Assembly (NCBI GenBank): GCA_964016885.1
Contig: OZ024740.1
Location: forward strand, 77,128,001-77,192,000
Reading direction: 5' to 3'
DNA length: 64,000 bases
DNA from: Eledone cirrhosa
Taxonomy: Eukaryota
A model generated the notes under the pieces. It was not told the DNA's origin, did not search any database, and saw nothing but the letters and a program-made list of their open reading frames with translations. This document shows positions 24,369 through 36,700 of this stretch, one piece after another. A program made the translations under genes and the position numbers. Position 1 is the stretch's first letter. Each line of letters begins with the position of its first letter.

Positions 24369-27300
24369 TATGTTGATGTTGGTGTTGTTAGCGATGGTAT
24401 TGGAGTTGGCATAGGTGTTGGTGGTGGGGCTGGAGTGCTGTTGATGTTGATGTTGGTGTTGTTAGCGATGGTATTGGAGTTGGCGTTGGTGTTGGTGGTG
24501 GGGTTGGAGTGCTGTTGATGTTGACGTTGGTGTTGTTAGCGATGGTATTGGAGTTGGGGTTGGTGTTGGTGTTGGTGGTGGGGTTGGAGTGCTGTTGATG
24601 TTGATGTTGGTGTTGTTAGCGATGGTATTGGAGTTGGGGTTGGTGTTGGTTTTGGTGGTGGGGTTGGAGTGCTGTTGATGTTGATGTTGGTGTTGTTAGC
24701 GATGGTATTGGAGTTGGTGTTGGTGTTGGTGGTGGGGTTGGAGTGCTCTTGATGTTCATGTTGGTGTTGTCAGCGATAGTATTGGAGTTGGTGTTGGTGT
24801 TGGTGGTGGGGCTGGAGTGCTGTTGATGTTGATGTTGGTGTTGTTAGCGATGGTATTGGAGTTGGCGTTGGTGTTGGTGGTGGGGCTGGAGTGCTGTTGA
24901 TGTTTTTGTTGGTGTTGTTAGCGATGGTGTTGGAGTTGGTGTTGGTGGTGGGGCTGGTGTGCTGTTGATGTTGATGTTGGTGTTGTTAGCGATGTTACTG
25001 GAGGTGGCGTTGGTGTTGGTGGTGGGGCTGGAGCGCTGTTGATGTTGATGTTGGTGTTGTTAGCGATGGTACTGGAGGTGGCGTTGGTGTTGGTGGTGGG
25101 GCTGGAGTACTGTTGATGTTTTTGTTGGTGTTGTTAGCGATGGTATTGGAGTTGGTGTTGGTGTTGGTGATGGGGCTGGAGTGCTGTTGATGTTGATGTT
25201 GGTGTTGTTAGCGATGGTATGGGAGTTTGTGTTGGTGTTGGTGGTGGGGCTGGAGTGCTGTTGATGTTGATGTTGGTGTTGTTAGCGATGGTATTGGAGT
25301 TGGAGTTGGTGTTGGTGTTGGGGCTTGAGTGCTGTTGATGTTGATATTGGTGTTGTTAGCGATGGTATTGGAGTTGGCGTTGGTGTTGGTGTTGGGGCTT
25401 GAGTGCTGTTGATGTTGATATTGGTGTTGTTAGCGATGGTATTGGAGTTGGTGTTGGTGTTGGTGTTGGTGGTGGGGCTGGAGTGCTGTTGATGTTGATG
25501 TTGATGTTGTTAGCGATGGTATGGGAGTAGGCGTTGGTGTTGGTGGTGGGGCTGGAGTGCTGTTGATGTTGATGTTGGTGTTGTTAGCGATGGTATTGGT
25601 GTTGGTGTAAGTGTTGGTGGTGGGGCTGCAGTGCTGTTGATGTTGATGTTGGTGTTGTTAGAGATGGTATTGGAGTTGGGGTTGGTGTTGGTGTTGGTGG
25701 TGGGGTTGGAGTGCTGTTGATGTTGATGTTGGTGTTGTTAGCGATGGTATTGGAGTTGGCGTTGGTGTTGGTGTTGGGGCTTGAGTGCTGTTGATGTTGA
25801 TATTGGTGTTGTTAGCGATGGTATTGGAGTTGGCGTTGGTGTTGGTGTTGGTGGTGGGGTTGGAGTGCTGTTGATGTTGATGTTGGTGTTGTTAGCGATG
25901 GTTTTGGAGTTGGCGTTGGTGTTGGTGTTGGGGCTTGAGTGCTGTTGATGTTGATATTGGTGTTGTTAGCGATGGTATTGGAGTTGGCGTTGGTGTTGGT
26001 GGTGGGGCTGGAGTAGTGTTGATGTTGATGTTGGTGTTGTTAGCGATGGTTTTGGAGTTGGCGTTGGTGTTGGTGTTGGGGCTGGAGTGCTGTTGATGTT
26101 GATGTTGGTGTTGTTAGCGATGGTATTGGAGTTGGTGTTGGTGTTGGTGGTGGGGCTGGAGTGCTGTTGATGTTGATGTTGGTGTTGTTAGCGATGGTAT
26201 TGGAGTTGGCGTTGGTGTTGGTGGTGGGGCTGGAGTAGTGTTGATGTTGATGTTGGTGTTGTTAGCGATGGTATAGGAGTTTGCGTTGGTGTTGGGGCTG
26301 GAGTGCTGTTGATGTTGATGTTGGTGTTGTTAGCGATGGTATTGGAGTTGGCGTTGGTGTTGTTGGTGGGGCTGGAGTGTTGCTGATGTTGATGTTGGTG
26401 TTGTTAGCGATGGTATTGGTGTTGGCGTTGGTGTTGGTGGTGGGGCTGGAGTGCTGTTGATGTCGATGTTGGTGTTGTTAGCGATGGTGTTGGAGTTGGC
26501 GTTGGTGTTGGTGGTGGGGCTAGAGTGTTGCTGACGTTGATGTTGGTGTTGTTAGCGATGGTATTGGAGTTGGTGTTGGTGATGGTGGTGGGGCTGGAGT
26601 GCTGTTTATGTTGATGTTGGTGTTGTTAGCGATGGTATTGGAGTTGGCGTTGGTGGTGGGGATGGAGTGCTGTCGATATTGATGTTGGTGTTGTTAGCGA
26701 TGGTATTGGAGTTGGTGTTGGTGTTGGTGGTTAGGCTGGAGTGCTGTTGATATTGATGTTGGTGTTGTTAGCGATGGTATTGGAGTTGGTGTTGGTGTTG
26801 GTGGTGGGGCTGGAGTGCTGTTGATGTTGATGTTGGTGTTGTTAGCCATGGTATTGGAGTTGGCGTTGGTGTTGGTGGTGGGGCTGGAGTGCTGTTGATG
26901 TTGATGTTGGTGTTGTTAGCGATGGTATTGGAGTTGGCGTTGGTGTTGGTGGTGGGGCTGGAGTGCTGTTGATGTCGATGTTGGTGTTGTTAGCGATGGT
27001 GTTGGAGTTGGCGTTGGTGTTGGTGGTGGGGCTAGAGTGTTGCTGACGTTGATGTTGGTGTTGTTAGCGATGGTATTGGAGTTGGCGTTGGTGGTGGGGA
27101 TGGAGTGCTGTCGATGTTGATGTTGGTGTTGTTAGCGATGGTATTGGAGTTGGTGTTGGTGTTGGTGGTAAGGCTGGAGTGCTGTTGATATTGATGTTGG
27201 TGTTGTTAGCGATGGTATTGGAGTTGGTGTTGGTGATGGTGGTGGGGCTGGAGTGCTGTTTACGTTGATGTTGGTGTTGTTAGCGATGGTATTGGAGTTG

Positions 27301-27600
27301 GCGTTGGTGGTGGGGATGGAGTGCTGTCGATGTTGATGTTGGTGTTGTTAGCGATGGTATTGGAGTTGGTGTTGGTGTTGGTGGTGGGGCTGGAGTGCTG
27401 TTGATGTTGATGTTGGTGTTGTTAGCGATGGTGTTGGAGTTGGCTTTGGTGTTGGTGGGGGGCTGGAGTGCTGTTGATGTTGATGTTGGTGTTGTTAGCG
27501 ATGGTGTTGGAGTTGGTGTTGGTGTTGGTGGTGGGGCGGGAGTGCTGTTGATGTTGATGTTGGTGTTGTTAGCGATGGTGTTGGAGTTGGCTTTGGTGTT
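24369..27600. repeat. Transitional, mostly monomeric domain with local short duplications
   Basis: Locally clustered variants GGGCTTGAG (25321-25940) and GAGTAGTG (26011, 26233). GCTAGAGTGTTGCTGACG (26519, 27031) and GGGGATGGAGTGCTGTCGA (26658, 27096, 27312) also occur inside the downstream ~3.2-kb units. Confidence 0.6.
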
Positions 27601-27799
27601 GGTGGGGGGCTGGAGTGCTGTTGATGTTGATGTTGGTGCTGTTAGCGATGGTGTTGGAGTTGGTGTTGGTGTTGGTGGTGGGGCGGGAGTGCTGTGATGT
27701 TGATGTTGGTGTTGTTAGCGATGGTATTGGAGTTGGTGTTGGTGTTGGTGGTGGGGCTGGAGTGCTGTTGATGTTTATGTTGGTGTTGTTAGCGATGGT

Positions 27800-30700
27800 A
27801 TTGGTGTTGGTGTTGGGGCTGTAGTGCTGTTGATGTTGATGTTGGTGTTGTTAGCGATGGTATTGGAGTTGGTGTTGGTGGTGGGGCTGGAGTGCTGTTG
27901 ATGTTGATGTTGGTGTTGTTAGCGATGGTATTGGAGTTGGTGTTGGTGGTGGGGCTGGAGTGCTGTTGATGTTGATGTTGGTGTTGTTAGCGATGATATT
28001 GGAGTTGGCTTTGGTGTTGGTGGGGGGCTGGAGTGCTGTTGATGTTGATGTTGGTGTTGTTAGCGATGGTGTTGGAGTTGGTGTTGGTGTTGGTGGTGGG
28101 GCGGGAGTGCTGTGATGTTGATGTTGGTGTTGTTAGCGATGGTGTTGGAGTTGATGTTGGTGTTGGTGGTGGGGCGGGAGTGCTGTGATGTTGGTGTTGT
28201 TAGCGATGGTATTGGAGTTGGCGTTGGTGTTGGTGGTGGGGCGGGAGTGCTGTGATGTTGATGTTGGTGTTGTTAGCGATGGTATTGTAGTTGACGTTGG
28301 TGTTGGTGTTGGTGGTGGGGCTGGAGTGATGTTGATGTTGATGTTGGTGTTGTTAGCGATGGTATTGGTGTTGGTGTTGGTGTTGATGGTGGAGCTGGAG
28401 TGTTGTTCATGTTGATGTTGTTAGCGATGATATTGGAGTTGGCGTTGGTGTTGGTGTTGGTGGTGGGGCTGGAGTGCTGTTGATGTTGATTTTGGTGTTG
28501 TTAGCGATGGTATTGGATGTGGCGTTGGTGTTGGTGGTGGGGCTGGAGGGCTGTTGATGTTGATGTTGGTGTTGTTAGCGATGGTATTGGAGGTGGCGTT
28601 GGTGTTGGTGGTGGGGCTGGAGTGCTGTTGATGTTGATTTTGGTGTTGTTAGCGATGGTATTGGAGGTGGCGTTGGTGTTGGTGGTGGGGCTGGAGGGCT
28701 GTTGATGTTGATGTTGGTGTTGTTAGCGATGGTGTTGCTGTTGGTGTTGGTGGTGGGGCTGGAACGCTGTTGATGTTGATGTTGGTGTTGTTAGCGATGG
28801 TATTGGAATTGGCGTTGATGTTGGTGGTGGGGCTGGAGTGCTATTGATGTTGATGTTGGTGTTGTTAGCGATGGTATTGGAGGTGGAGTTGGTGTTGGTG
28901 GTGGGGCTGGAGTGCTGTTGATGTTGATTTTGGTGTTGTTAGCGATGGTATTGGAGTTGGCGTTGGTGTTGGTGGTGGGGCTGGTGTGCTGTTGATGTTG
29001 ATGTTGGTGTTGTTAGCGATGGTATTGGAGTTGGCGTTGGTGTTGGTGGTGGGGCTGGAGTGCTGTTGATGTTGATGTTGGTGTTGTTAGCGATGGTATT
29101 GGAGTTGGCGTTGGTGTTGGTGGTGCGGCTGGTGTGCTGTTGATGTTGATGTTGGTGTTGTTAGCGATGGTATTGGTGGTGGGGCTGGAGTGCTGTTGAT
29201 ATTGATGTTGTTGTTGTTAGCGATGGTATTGGAGTTGGTGTTGGTGTTGGTGGTGGGGCTGGAGAGCTGTAGATGTTGGTGTTGGTGTTGTTAGCGATGG
29301 TATTGGAGTTGGTGTCGTATTGGTGGTGGTCGCGGTGCTGGAGCGCTGTTGATGTTGATGTTGGTGTTGTTAGACATGGTATTGGAGTTGGCGTTGGTGT
29401 TGGTGGTGGGGCTGGAGTGCTGTTGATGTTGATGCTGGTGTTGTTAGCGATGGTGTTGGAGTTGGCGTTGGTGTTGGTGTTGGTGGTGGGGCTGGAGTGC
29501 TGTTGATGTTGATGTTGGTGTTGTTAGCGATGGTGTTGACGTTGGTGTTGGTGTTGGTGGTGGGGCGGGAGTGTGGGATGTTGGTGTTGTTAGCGATGGT
29601 ATTGGAGTTGGCGTTGGTGTTGGTGGTGGGGCGGGAGTGCTGTGAAGTTGATGTTGGTGTTGTTAGCGATGGTATTGGAGTTGGCGTTGGTGGTGGTGTT
29701 GGTGGTGGGGCTGGAGTGCTGTTGATGTTGATGTTGGTGTTGTTAGCGATGATATTGGAGTTGGCTTTGGCGTTGGTGTTGGTGGTGGGGCTGGAGTGCT
29801 GTTGATGTTGATGTTGGTGTTGTTAGCGATGGTATTGGAGTTGGCGTTGGTGTTGGTGGTGGGGCTGGAGTGCTGTTGATGTTGATGTTGGTGTTGTTAG
29901 CGATGGTATAGGATTTGGCGTTGGTGTTGGTGGTGGGGCTGGAGTGCTGTTGATGTTGATTTTGGTGTTGTTAGCGATGGTATTGGAGTTGGCGTTGATG
30001 TTGGTGGTGGGTCTGGAGTGCTGTTGATGTTGATGTTGGTGTTGGTAGCGATGGTATTGGAGTTGGTGTTGGTGGTGGGGCTGGAGTGCTGTTGATGTTG
30101 ATGTTGGTGTTGTTAGCGATGATATTGGAGTTGGCTTTGGTGTTGGTGGGGGGCTGGAGTGCTATTGATGTTGATGTTTGTGTTGTTAGCGATGGTGTTG
30201 GAGTTGGTGTTGGTGTTGGTGGTGGGGCGGGTGTGCTGTGATGTTGATGTTGGTGTTGTTAGCGATGGTGTTGGAGTTGGTGTTGGTGTTGGTGGTGGGG
30301 CGGGAGTGCTGTGATGTTGGTGTTGTTAGCTATGGTATTGGAGTTGGCGTTGGTGTTGGTGGTGGGGCGGGAGTGCTGTGATGTTGGTGTTGTTAGCGAT
30401 GGTATTGGAGTTGGCGTTGGTGTTGGTGGTGGGGCGGGAGTGCTGTGATGTTGATGTTGGTGTTGTTAGCGATGGTATTGTAGTTGACGTTGGTGTTGGT
30501 GTTGGTGGTGGGGCTGGAGTGCTGTTGATGTTGATGTTGGTGTTGTTAGCGATGGTATTGGCGTTGGTGTTGGTGTTGATGGTGGAGCTGGAGTGTTGTT
30601 CATGTTGATGTTGGTGTTGTTAGCGATGATATTGGAGTTGGCGTGGGTGTTGGTGTTGGTGGTGGGGCTGGAGTGCTGTTGATGTTGATTTTGGTGTTGT

Positions 30701-33700
30701 TAGCGATGGTATTGGATGTGGCGTTGGTGTTGGTGGTGGGGCTGGAGGGCTGTTGATGTTGATGTTGGTGTTGTTAGCGATGGTATTGGAGGTGGCGTTG
30801 GTGTTGGTGGTGGGGCTGGAGTGCTGTTGATGTTGATTTTGGTGTTGTTAGCGATGGTATTGGAGGTGGCGTTGGTGTTGGTGGTGGGGCTGGAGGGCTG
30901 TTGATGTTGATGTTGGTGTTGTTAGCGATGGTGTTGCTGTTGGTGTTGGTGGTGGGGCTGGAACGCTGTTGATGTTGATGTTGGTGTTGTTAGCGATGGT
31001 ATTGGAATTGGCGTTGATGTTGGTGGTTGGGCTGGAGTGCTGTTGATGTTGATGTTGGTGTTGTTAGCGATGGTATTGGAGGTGGAGTTGGTGTTGGTGG
31101 TGGGGCTGGAGTGCTGTTGATGTTGATTTTGGTGTTGTTAGCGATGGTATGGGAGTTGGCGTTGGTGTTGGTGGTGGGGCTGGTGTGCTGTTGATGTTGA
31201 TGTTGGTGTTGTTAGCGATGGTATTGGAGGTGGAGTTGGTGTTGGTGGTGGGGCTGGAGTGCTGTTGATGTTGATTTTGGTGTTGTTAGCGATGGTATTG
31301 GAGTTGGCGTTGGTGTTGGTGGTGGGGCTGGTGTGCTGTTGATGTTGATGTTGGTGTTGTTAGCGATGGTATTGGAGGTGGAGTTGGTGTTGGTGGTGGG
31401 GCTGGAGTGCTGTTGATGTTGATTTTGGTGTTGTTAGCGATGGTATTGGAGTTGGCGTTGGTGTTGGTGGTGGGGCTGGTGTGCTGTTGATGTTGATGTT
31501 GGTGTTGTTAGCGATGGTATTGGAGTTGGCGTTGGTGTTGGTGGTGGGGCTGGAGTGCTGTTGATGTTGATGTTGGTGTTGTTAGCGATGGTATTGGAGT
31601 TGGCGTTGGTGTTGGTGGTGCGGCTGGTGTGCTGTTGATGTTGATGTTGGTGTTGTTAGCGATGGTATTGGAGGTGGCGTTGGTGTTGGTGGTGGGGCTG
31701 GAGTGCTGTTGATGTTGACTTTGGTGTTGTTAGCGATGGTATTGGAGTTGGCGTTGATGTTGGTGGTGGGGCTGGAGTGCTGTTGATGTTGATGTTGGTG
31801 TTGTTAGCGATGGTATTGGAGGTGGAGTTGGTGTTGGTGGTGGGGCTGGAGTGCTGTTGATGTTGATTTTGGTGTTGTTAGCGATGGTATTGGAGTTGGC
31901 GTTGATGTTGGTGGTGGGGCTGGAGTGCTGTTGATGTCGATGTTGGTGTTGTTAGCGATGGTATTGGAGTTGGCGTTGGTGTTGGTGTTGGTGGTGGGGC
32001 TGGGGTGTTGCTGACGTTGATGTTGGTGTTGTTAGCGATGGTATTGGAGTTGGCGTTGGTGTTGGTGGTGGGGCTAGAGTGTTGCTGACGTTGATGTTGG
32101 TGTTGTTAGCGATGGTATTGGAGTTGGCGTTGGTGGTGGGGATGGAGTGCTGTCGATGTTGATGTTGGGGTTGTTAGCGATGGTATTGGAGTTGGAGTTG
32201 GTGTTGGTGTTGGTGGTGAGGCTGGAATGCTGTTGATATTGATGTTGGTGTTGTTAGCGATGGTATTGGAGTTGGTGTTGGTGTTGGTGGTGGGGCTGGA
32301 GTGCTGTTGATATTGATGTTGTTGTTGTTAGCGATGGTATTGGAGTTGTTGTTGGTGTTGGTGGTGGGGCTGGAGAGCTGTTGATGTTGGTGTTGGTGTT
32401 GTTAGCGATGGTATTGGAGTTGGTGTCGTATTGGTGGTGGTCGCGGTGCTGGAGCGCTGTTGATGTTGATGTTGGTGTTGTTAGACATGGTATTGGAGTT
32501 GGCGTTGGTGTTGGTGGTGGGGCTGGAGTGCTGTTGATGTTGATGCTGGTGTTGTTAGCGATGGTGTTGGAGTTGGCGTTGGTGTTGGTGGTGGTGGTGG
32601 TGCTGGAGTGCTGTTGATGTTGATGTTGGTGTTGTTAGCGATGGTGTTGACGTTGGTGTTGGTGTTGGTGGTGGGGCGGGAGTGTGGGATGTTGGTGTTG
32701 TTAGCGATGGTATTGGAGTTGGCGTTGGTGTTGGTGGTGGGGCGGGAGTGCTGTGAAGTTGATGTTGGTGTTGTTAGCGATGGTATTGGAGTTGGCGTTG
32801 GTGGTGGTGTTGGTGGTGGGGCTGGAGGGCTGTTGATGTTGATGTTGGTGTTGTTAGCGATGATATTGGAGTTGGCTTTGGCGTTGGTGTTGGTGGTGGG
32901 GCTGGAGTGCTGTTGATGTTGATGTTGGTGTTGTTAGCGATGGTATTGGAGTTGGCGTTGGTGTTGGTGGTGGGGCTGGAGTGCTGTTGATGTTGATGTT
33001 GGTGTTGTTAGCGATGGTATTGGATTTGGCGTTGGTGTTGGTGGTGGGGCTGGAGTGCTGTTGATGTTGATTTTGGTGTTGTTAGCGATGGTATTGGAGT
33101 TGGCGTTGATGTTGGTGGTGGGGCTGGAGTGCTGTTGATGTTGATGTTGGTGTTGTTAGCGATGGTATTGGAGGTGGTGTTGGTGTTGGTGGTGGGGCTG
33201 GAGTGCTGTTGATGTTGATTTTGGTGTTGTTAGCGATGGTATTGGAGTTGGCGTTGATGTTGGTGGTGGGGCTGGAGTGCTGTTGATGTTGATGTTGGTG
33301 TTGTTAGCGATGGTATTGGAGGTGGAGTTGGTGTTGGTGGTGGGGCTGGAGTGCTGTTGATGTTGATGTTGGTGTTGTTAGCGATGGTATTGGAGTTGGC
33401 GTTGGTGTTGGTGGTGGGGCTGGAGTGCTGTTGATGTTGATGTTGGTGTTGTTAGCGATGGTATAGGATTTGGCGTTGGTGTTGGTGGTGGGGCTGGAGT
33501 GCTGTTGATGTTGATTTTGGTGTTGTTAGCGATGGTATTGGAGTTGGCGTTGATGTTGGTGGTGGGGCTGGAGTGCTGTTGATGTTGATGTTGGTGTTGT
33601 TAGCGATGGTATTGGAGTTGGCGTTGGTGTTGGTGGTGGGGCGGGAGTGCTGTGATGTTGATGTTGGTGTTGTTAGCGATGGTATTGTAGTTGACGTTGG

Positions 33701-36700
33701 TGTTGGTGTTGGTGGTGGGGCTGGAGTGCTGTTGATGTTGATGTTGGTGTTGTTAGCGATGGTATTGGCGTTGGTGTTGGTGTTGATGGTGGAGCTGGAG
33801 TGTTGTTCATGTTGATGTTGGTGTTGTTAGCGATGATATTGGAGTTGGCGTGGGTGTTGGTGTTGGTGGTGGGGCTGGAGTGCTGTTGATGTTGATTTTG
33901 GTGTTGTTAGCGATGGTATTGGATGTGGCGTTGGTGTTGGTGGTGGGGCTGGAGGGCTGTTGATGTTGATGTTGGTGTTGTTAGCGATGGTATTGGAGGT
34001 GGCGTTGGTGTTGGTGGTGGGGCTGGAGTGCTGTTGATGTTGATTTTGGTGTTGTTAGCGATGGTATTGGAGGTGGCGTTGGTGTTGGTGGTGGGGCTGG
34101 AGGGCTGTTGATGTTGATGTTGGTGTTGTTAGCGATGGTGTTGCTGTTGGTGTTGGTGGTGGGGCTGGAACGCTGTTGATGTTGATGTTGGTGTTGTTAG
34201 CGATGGTATTGGAATTGGCGTTGATGTTGGTGGTTGGGCTGGAGTGCTGTTGATGTTGATGTTGGTGTTGTTAGCGATGGTATTGGAGGTGGAGTTGGTG
34301 TTGGTGGTGGGGCTGGAGTGCTGTTGATGTTGATTTTGGTGTTGTTAGCGATGGTATGGGAGTTGGCGTTGGTGTTGGTGGTGGGGCTGGTGTGCTGTTG
34401 ATGTTGATGTTGGTGTTGTTAGCGATGGTATTGGAGGTGGAGTTGGTGTTGGTGGTGGGGCTGGAGTGCTGTTGATGTTGATTTTGGTGTTGTTAGCGAT
34501 GGTATTGGAGTTGGCGTTGGTGTTGGTGGTGGGGCTGGTGTGCTGTTGATGTTGATGTTGGTGTTGTTAGCGATGGTATTGGAGGTGGAGTTGGTGTTGG
34601 TGGTGGGGCTGGAGTGCTGTTGATGTTGATTTTGGTGTTGTTAGCGATGGTATTGGAGTTGGCGTTGGTGTTGGTGGTGGGGCTGGTGTGCTGTTGATGT
34701 TGATGTTGGTGTTGTTAGCGATGGTATTGGAGTTGGCGTTGGTGTTGGTGGTGGGGCTGGAGTGCTGTTGATGTTGATGTTGGTGTTGTTAGCGATGGTA
34801 TTGGAGTTGGCGTTGGTGTTGGTGGTGCGGCTGGTGTGCTGTTGATGTTGATGTTGGTGTTGTTAGCGATGGTATTGGAGGTGGCGTTGGTGTTGGTGGT
34901 GGGGCTGGAGTGCTGTTGATGTTGACTTTGGTGTTGTTAGCGATGGTATTGGAGTTGGCGTTGATGTTGGTGGTGGGGCTGGAGTGCTGTTGATGTTGAT
35001 GTTGGTGTTGTTAGCGATGGTATTGGAGGTGGAGTTGGTGTTGGTGGTGGGGCTGGAGTGCTGTTGATGTTGATTTTGGTGTTGTTAGCGATGGTATTGG
35101 AGTTGGCGTTGATGTTGGTGGTGGGGCTGGAGTGCTGTTGATGTCGATGTTGGTGTTGTTAGCGATGGTATTGGAGTTGGCGTTGGTGTTGGTGTTGGTG
35201 GTGGGGCTGGGGTGTTGCTGACGTTGATGTTGGTGTTGTTAGCGATGGTATTGGAGTTGGCGTTGGTGTTGGTGGTGGGGCTAGAGTGTTGCTGACGTTG
35301 ATGTTGGTGTTGTTAGCGATGGTATTGGAGTTGGCGTTGGTGGTGGGGATGGAGTGCTGTCGATGTTGATGTTGGGGTTGTTAGCGATGGTATTGGAGTT
35401 GGAGTTGGTGTTGGTGTTGGTGGTGAGGCTGGAATGCTGTTGATATTGATGTTGGTGTTGTTAGCGATGGTATTGGAGTTGGTGTTGGTGTTGGTGGTGG
35501 GGCTGGAGTGCTGTTGATATTGATGTTGTTGTTGTTAGCGATGGTATTGGAGTTGTTGTTGGTGTTGGTGGTGGGGCTGGAGAGCTGTTGATGTTGGTGT
35601 TGGTGTTGTTAGCGATGGTATTGGAGTTGGTGTCGTATTGGTGGTGGTCGCGGTGCTGGAGCGCTGTTGATGTTGATGTTGGTGTTGTTAGACATGGTAT
35701 TGGAGTTGGCGTTGGTGTTGGTGGTGGGGCTGGAGTGCTGTTGATGTTGATGCTGGTGTTGTTAGCGATGGTGTTGGAGTTGGCGTTGGTGTTGGTGGTG
35801 GTGGTGGTGCTGGAGTGCTGTTGATGTTGATGTTGGTGTTGTTAGCGATGGTGTTGACGTTGGTGTTGGTGTTGGTGGTGGGGCGGGAGTGTGGGATGTT
35901 GGTGTTGTTAGCGATGGTATTGGAGTTGGCGTTGGTGTTGGTGGTGGGGCGGGAGTGCTGTGAAGTTGATGTTGGTGTTGTTAGCGATGGTATTGGAGTT
36001 GGCGTTGGTGGTGGTGTTGGTGGTGGGGCTGGAGGGCTGTTGATGTTGATGTTGGTGTTGTTAGCGATGATATTGGAGTTGGCTTTGGCGTTGGTGTTGG
36101 TGGTGGGGCTGGAGTGCTGTTGATGTTGATGTTGGTGTTGTTAGCGATGGTATTGGAGTTGGCGTTGGTGTTGGTGGTGGGGCTGGAGTGCTGTTGATGT
36201 TGATGTTGGTGTTGTTAGCGATGGTATTGGATTTGGCGTTGGTGTTGGTGGTGGGGCTGGAGTGCTGTTGATGTTGATTTTGGTGTTGTTAGCGATGGTA
36301 TTGGAGTTGGCGTTGATGTTGGTGGTGGGGCTGGAGTGCTGTTGATGTTGATGTTGGTGTTGTTAGCGATGGTATTGGAGGTGGTGTTGGTGTTGGTGGT
36401 GGGGCTGGAGTGCTGTTGATGTTGATTTTGGTGTTGTTAGCGATGGTATTGGAGTTGGCGTTGATGTTGGTGGTGGGGCTGGAGTGCTGTTGATGTTGAT
36501 GTTGGTGTTGTTAGCGATGGTATTGGAGGTGGAGTTGGTGTTGGTGGTGGGGCTGGAGTGCTGTTGATGTTGATGTTGGTGTTGTTAGCGATGGTATTGG
36601 AGTTGGCGTTGGTGTTGGTGGTGGGGCTGGAGTGCTGTTGATGTTGATGTTGGTGTTGTTAGCGATGGTATAGGATTTGGCGTTGGTGTTGGTGGTGGGG

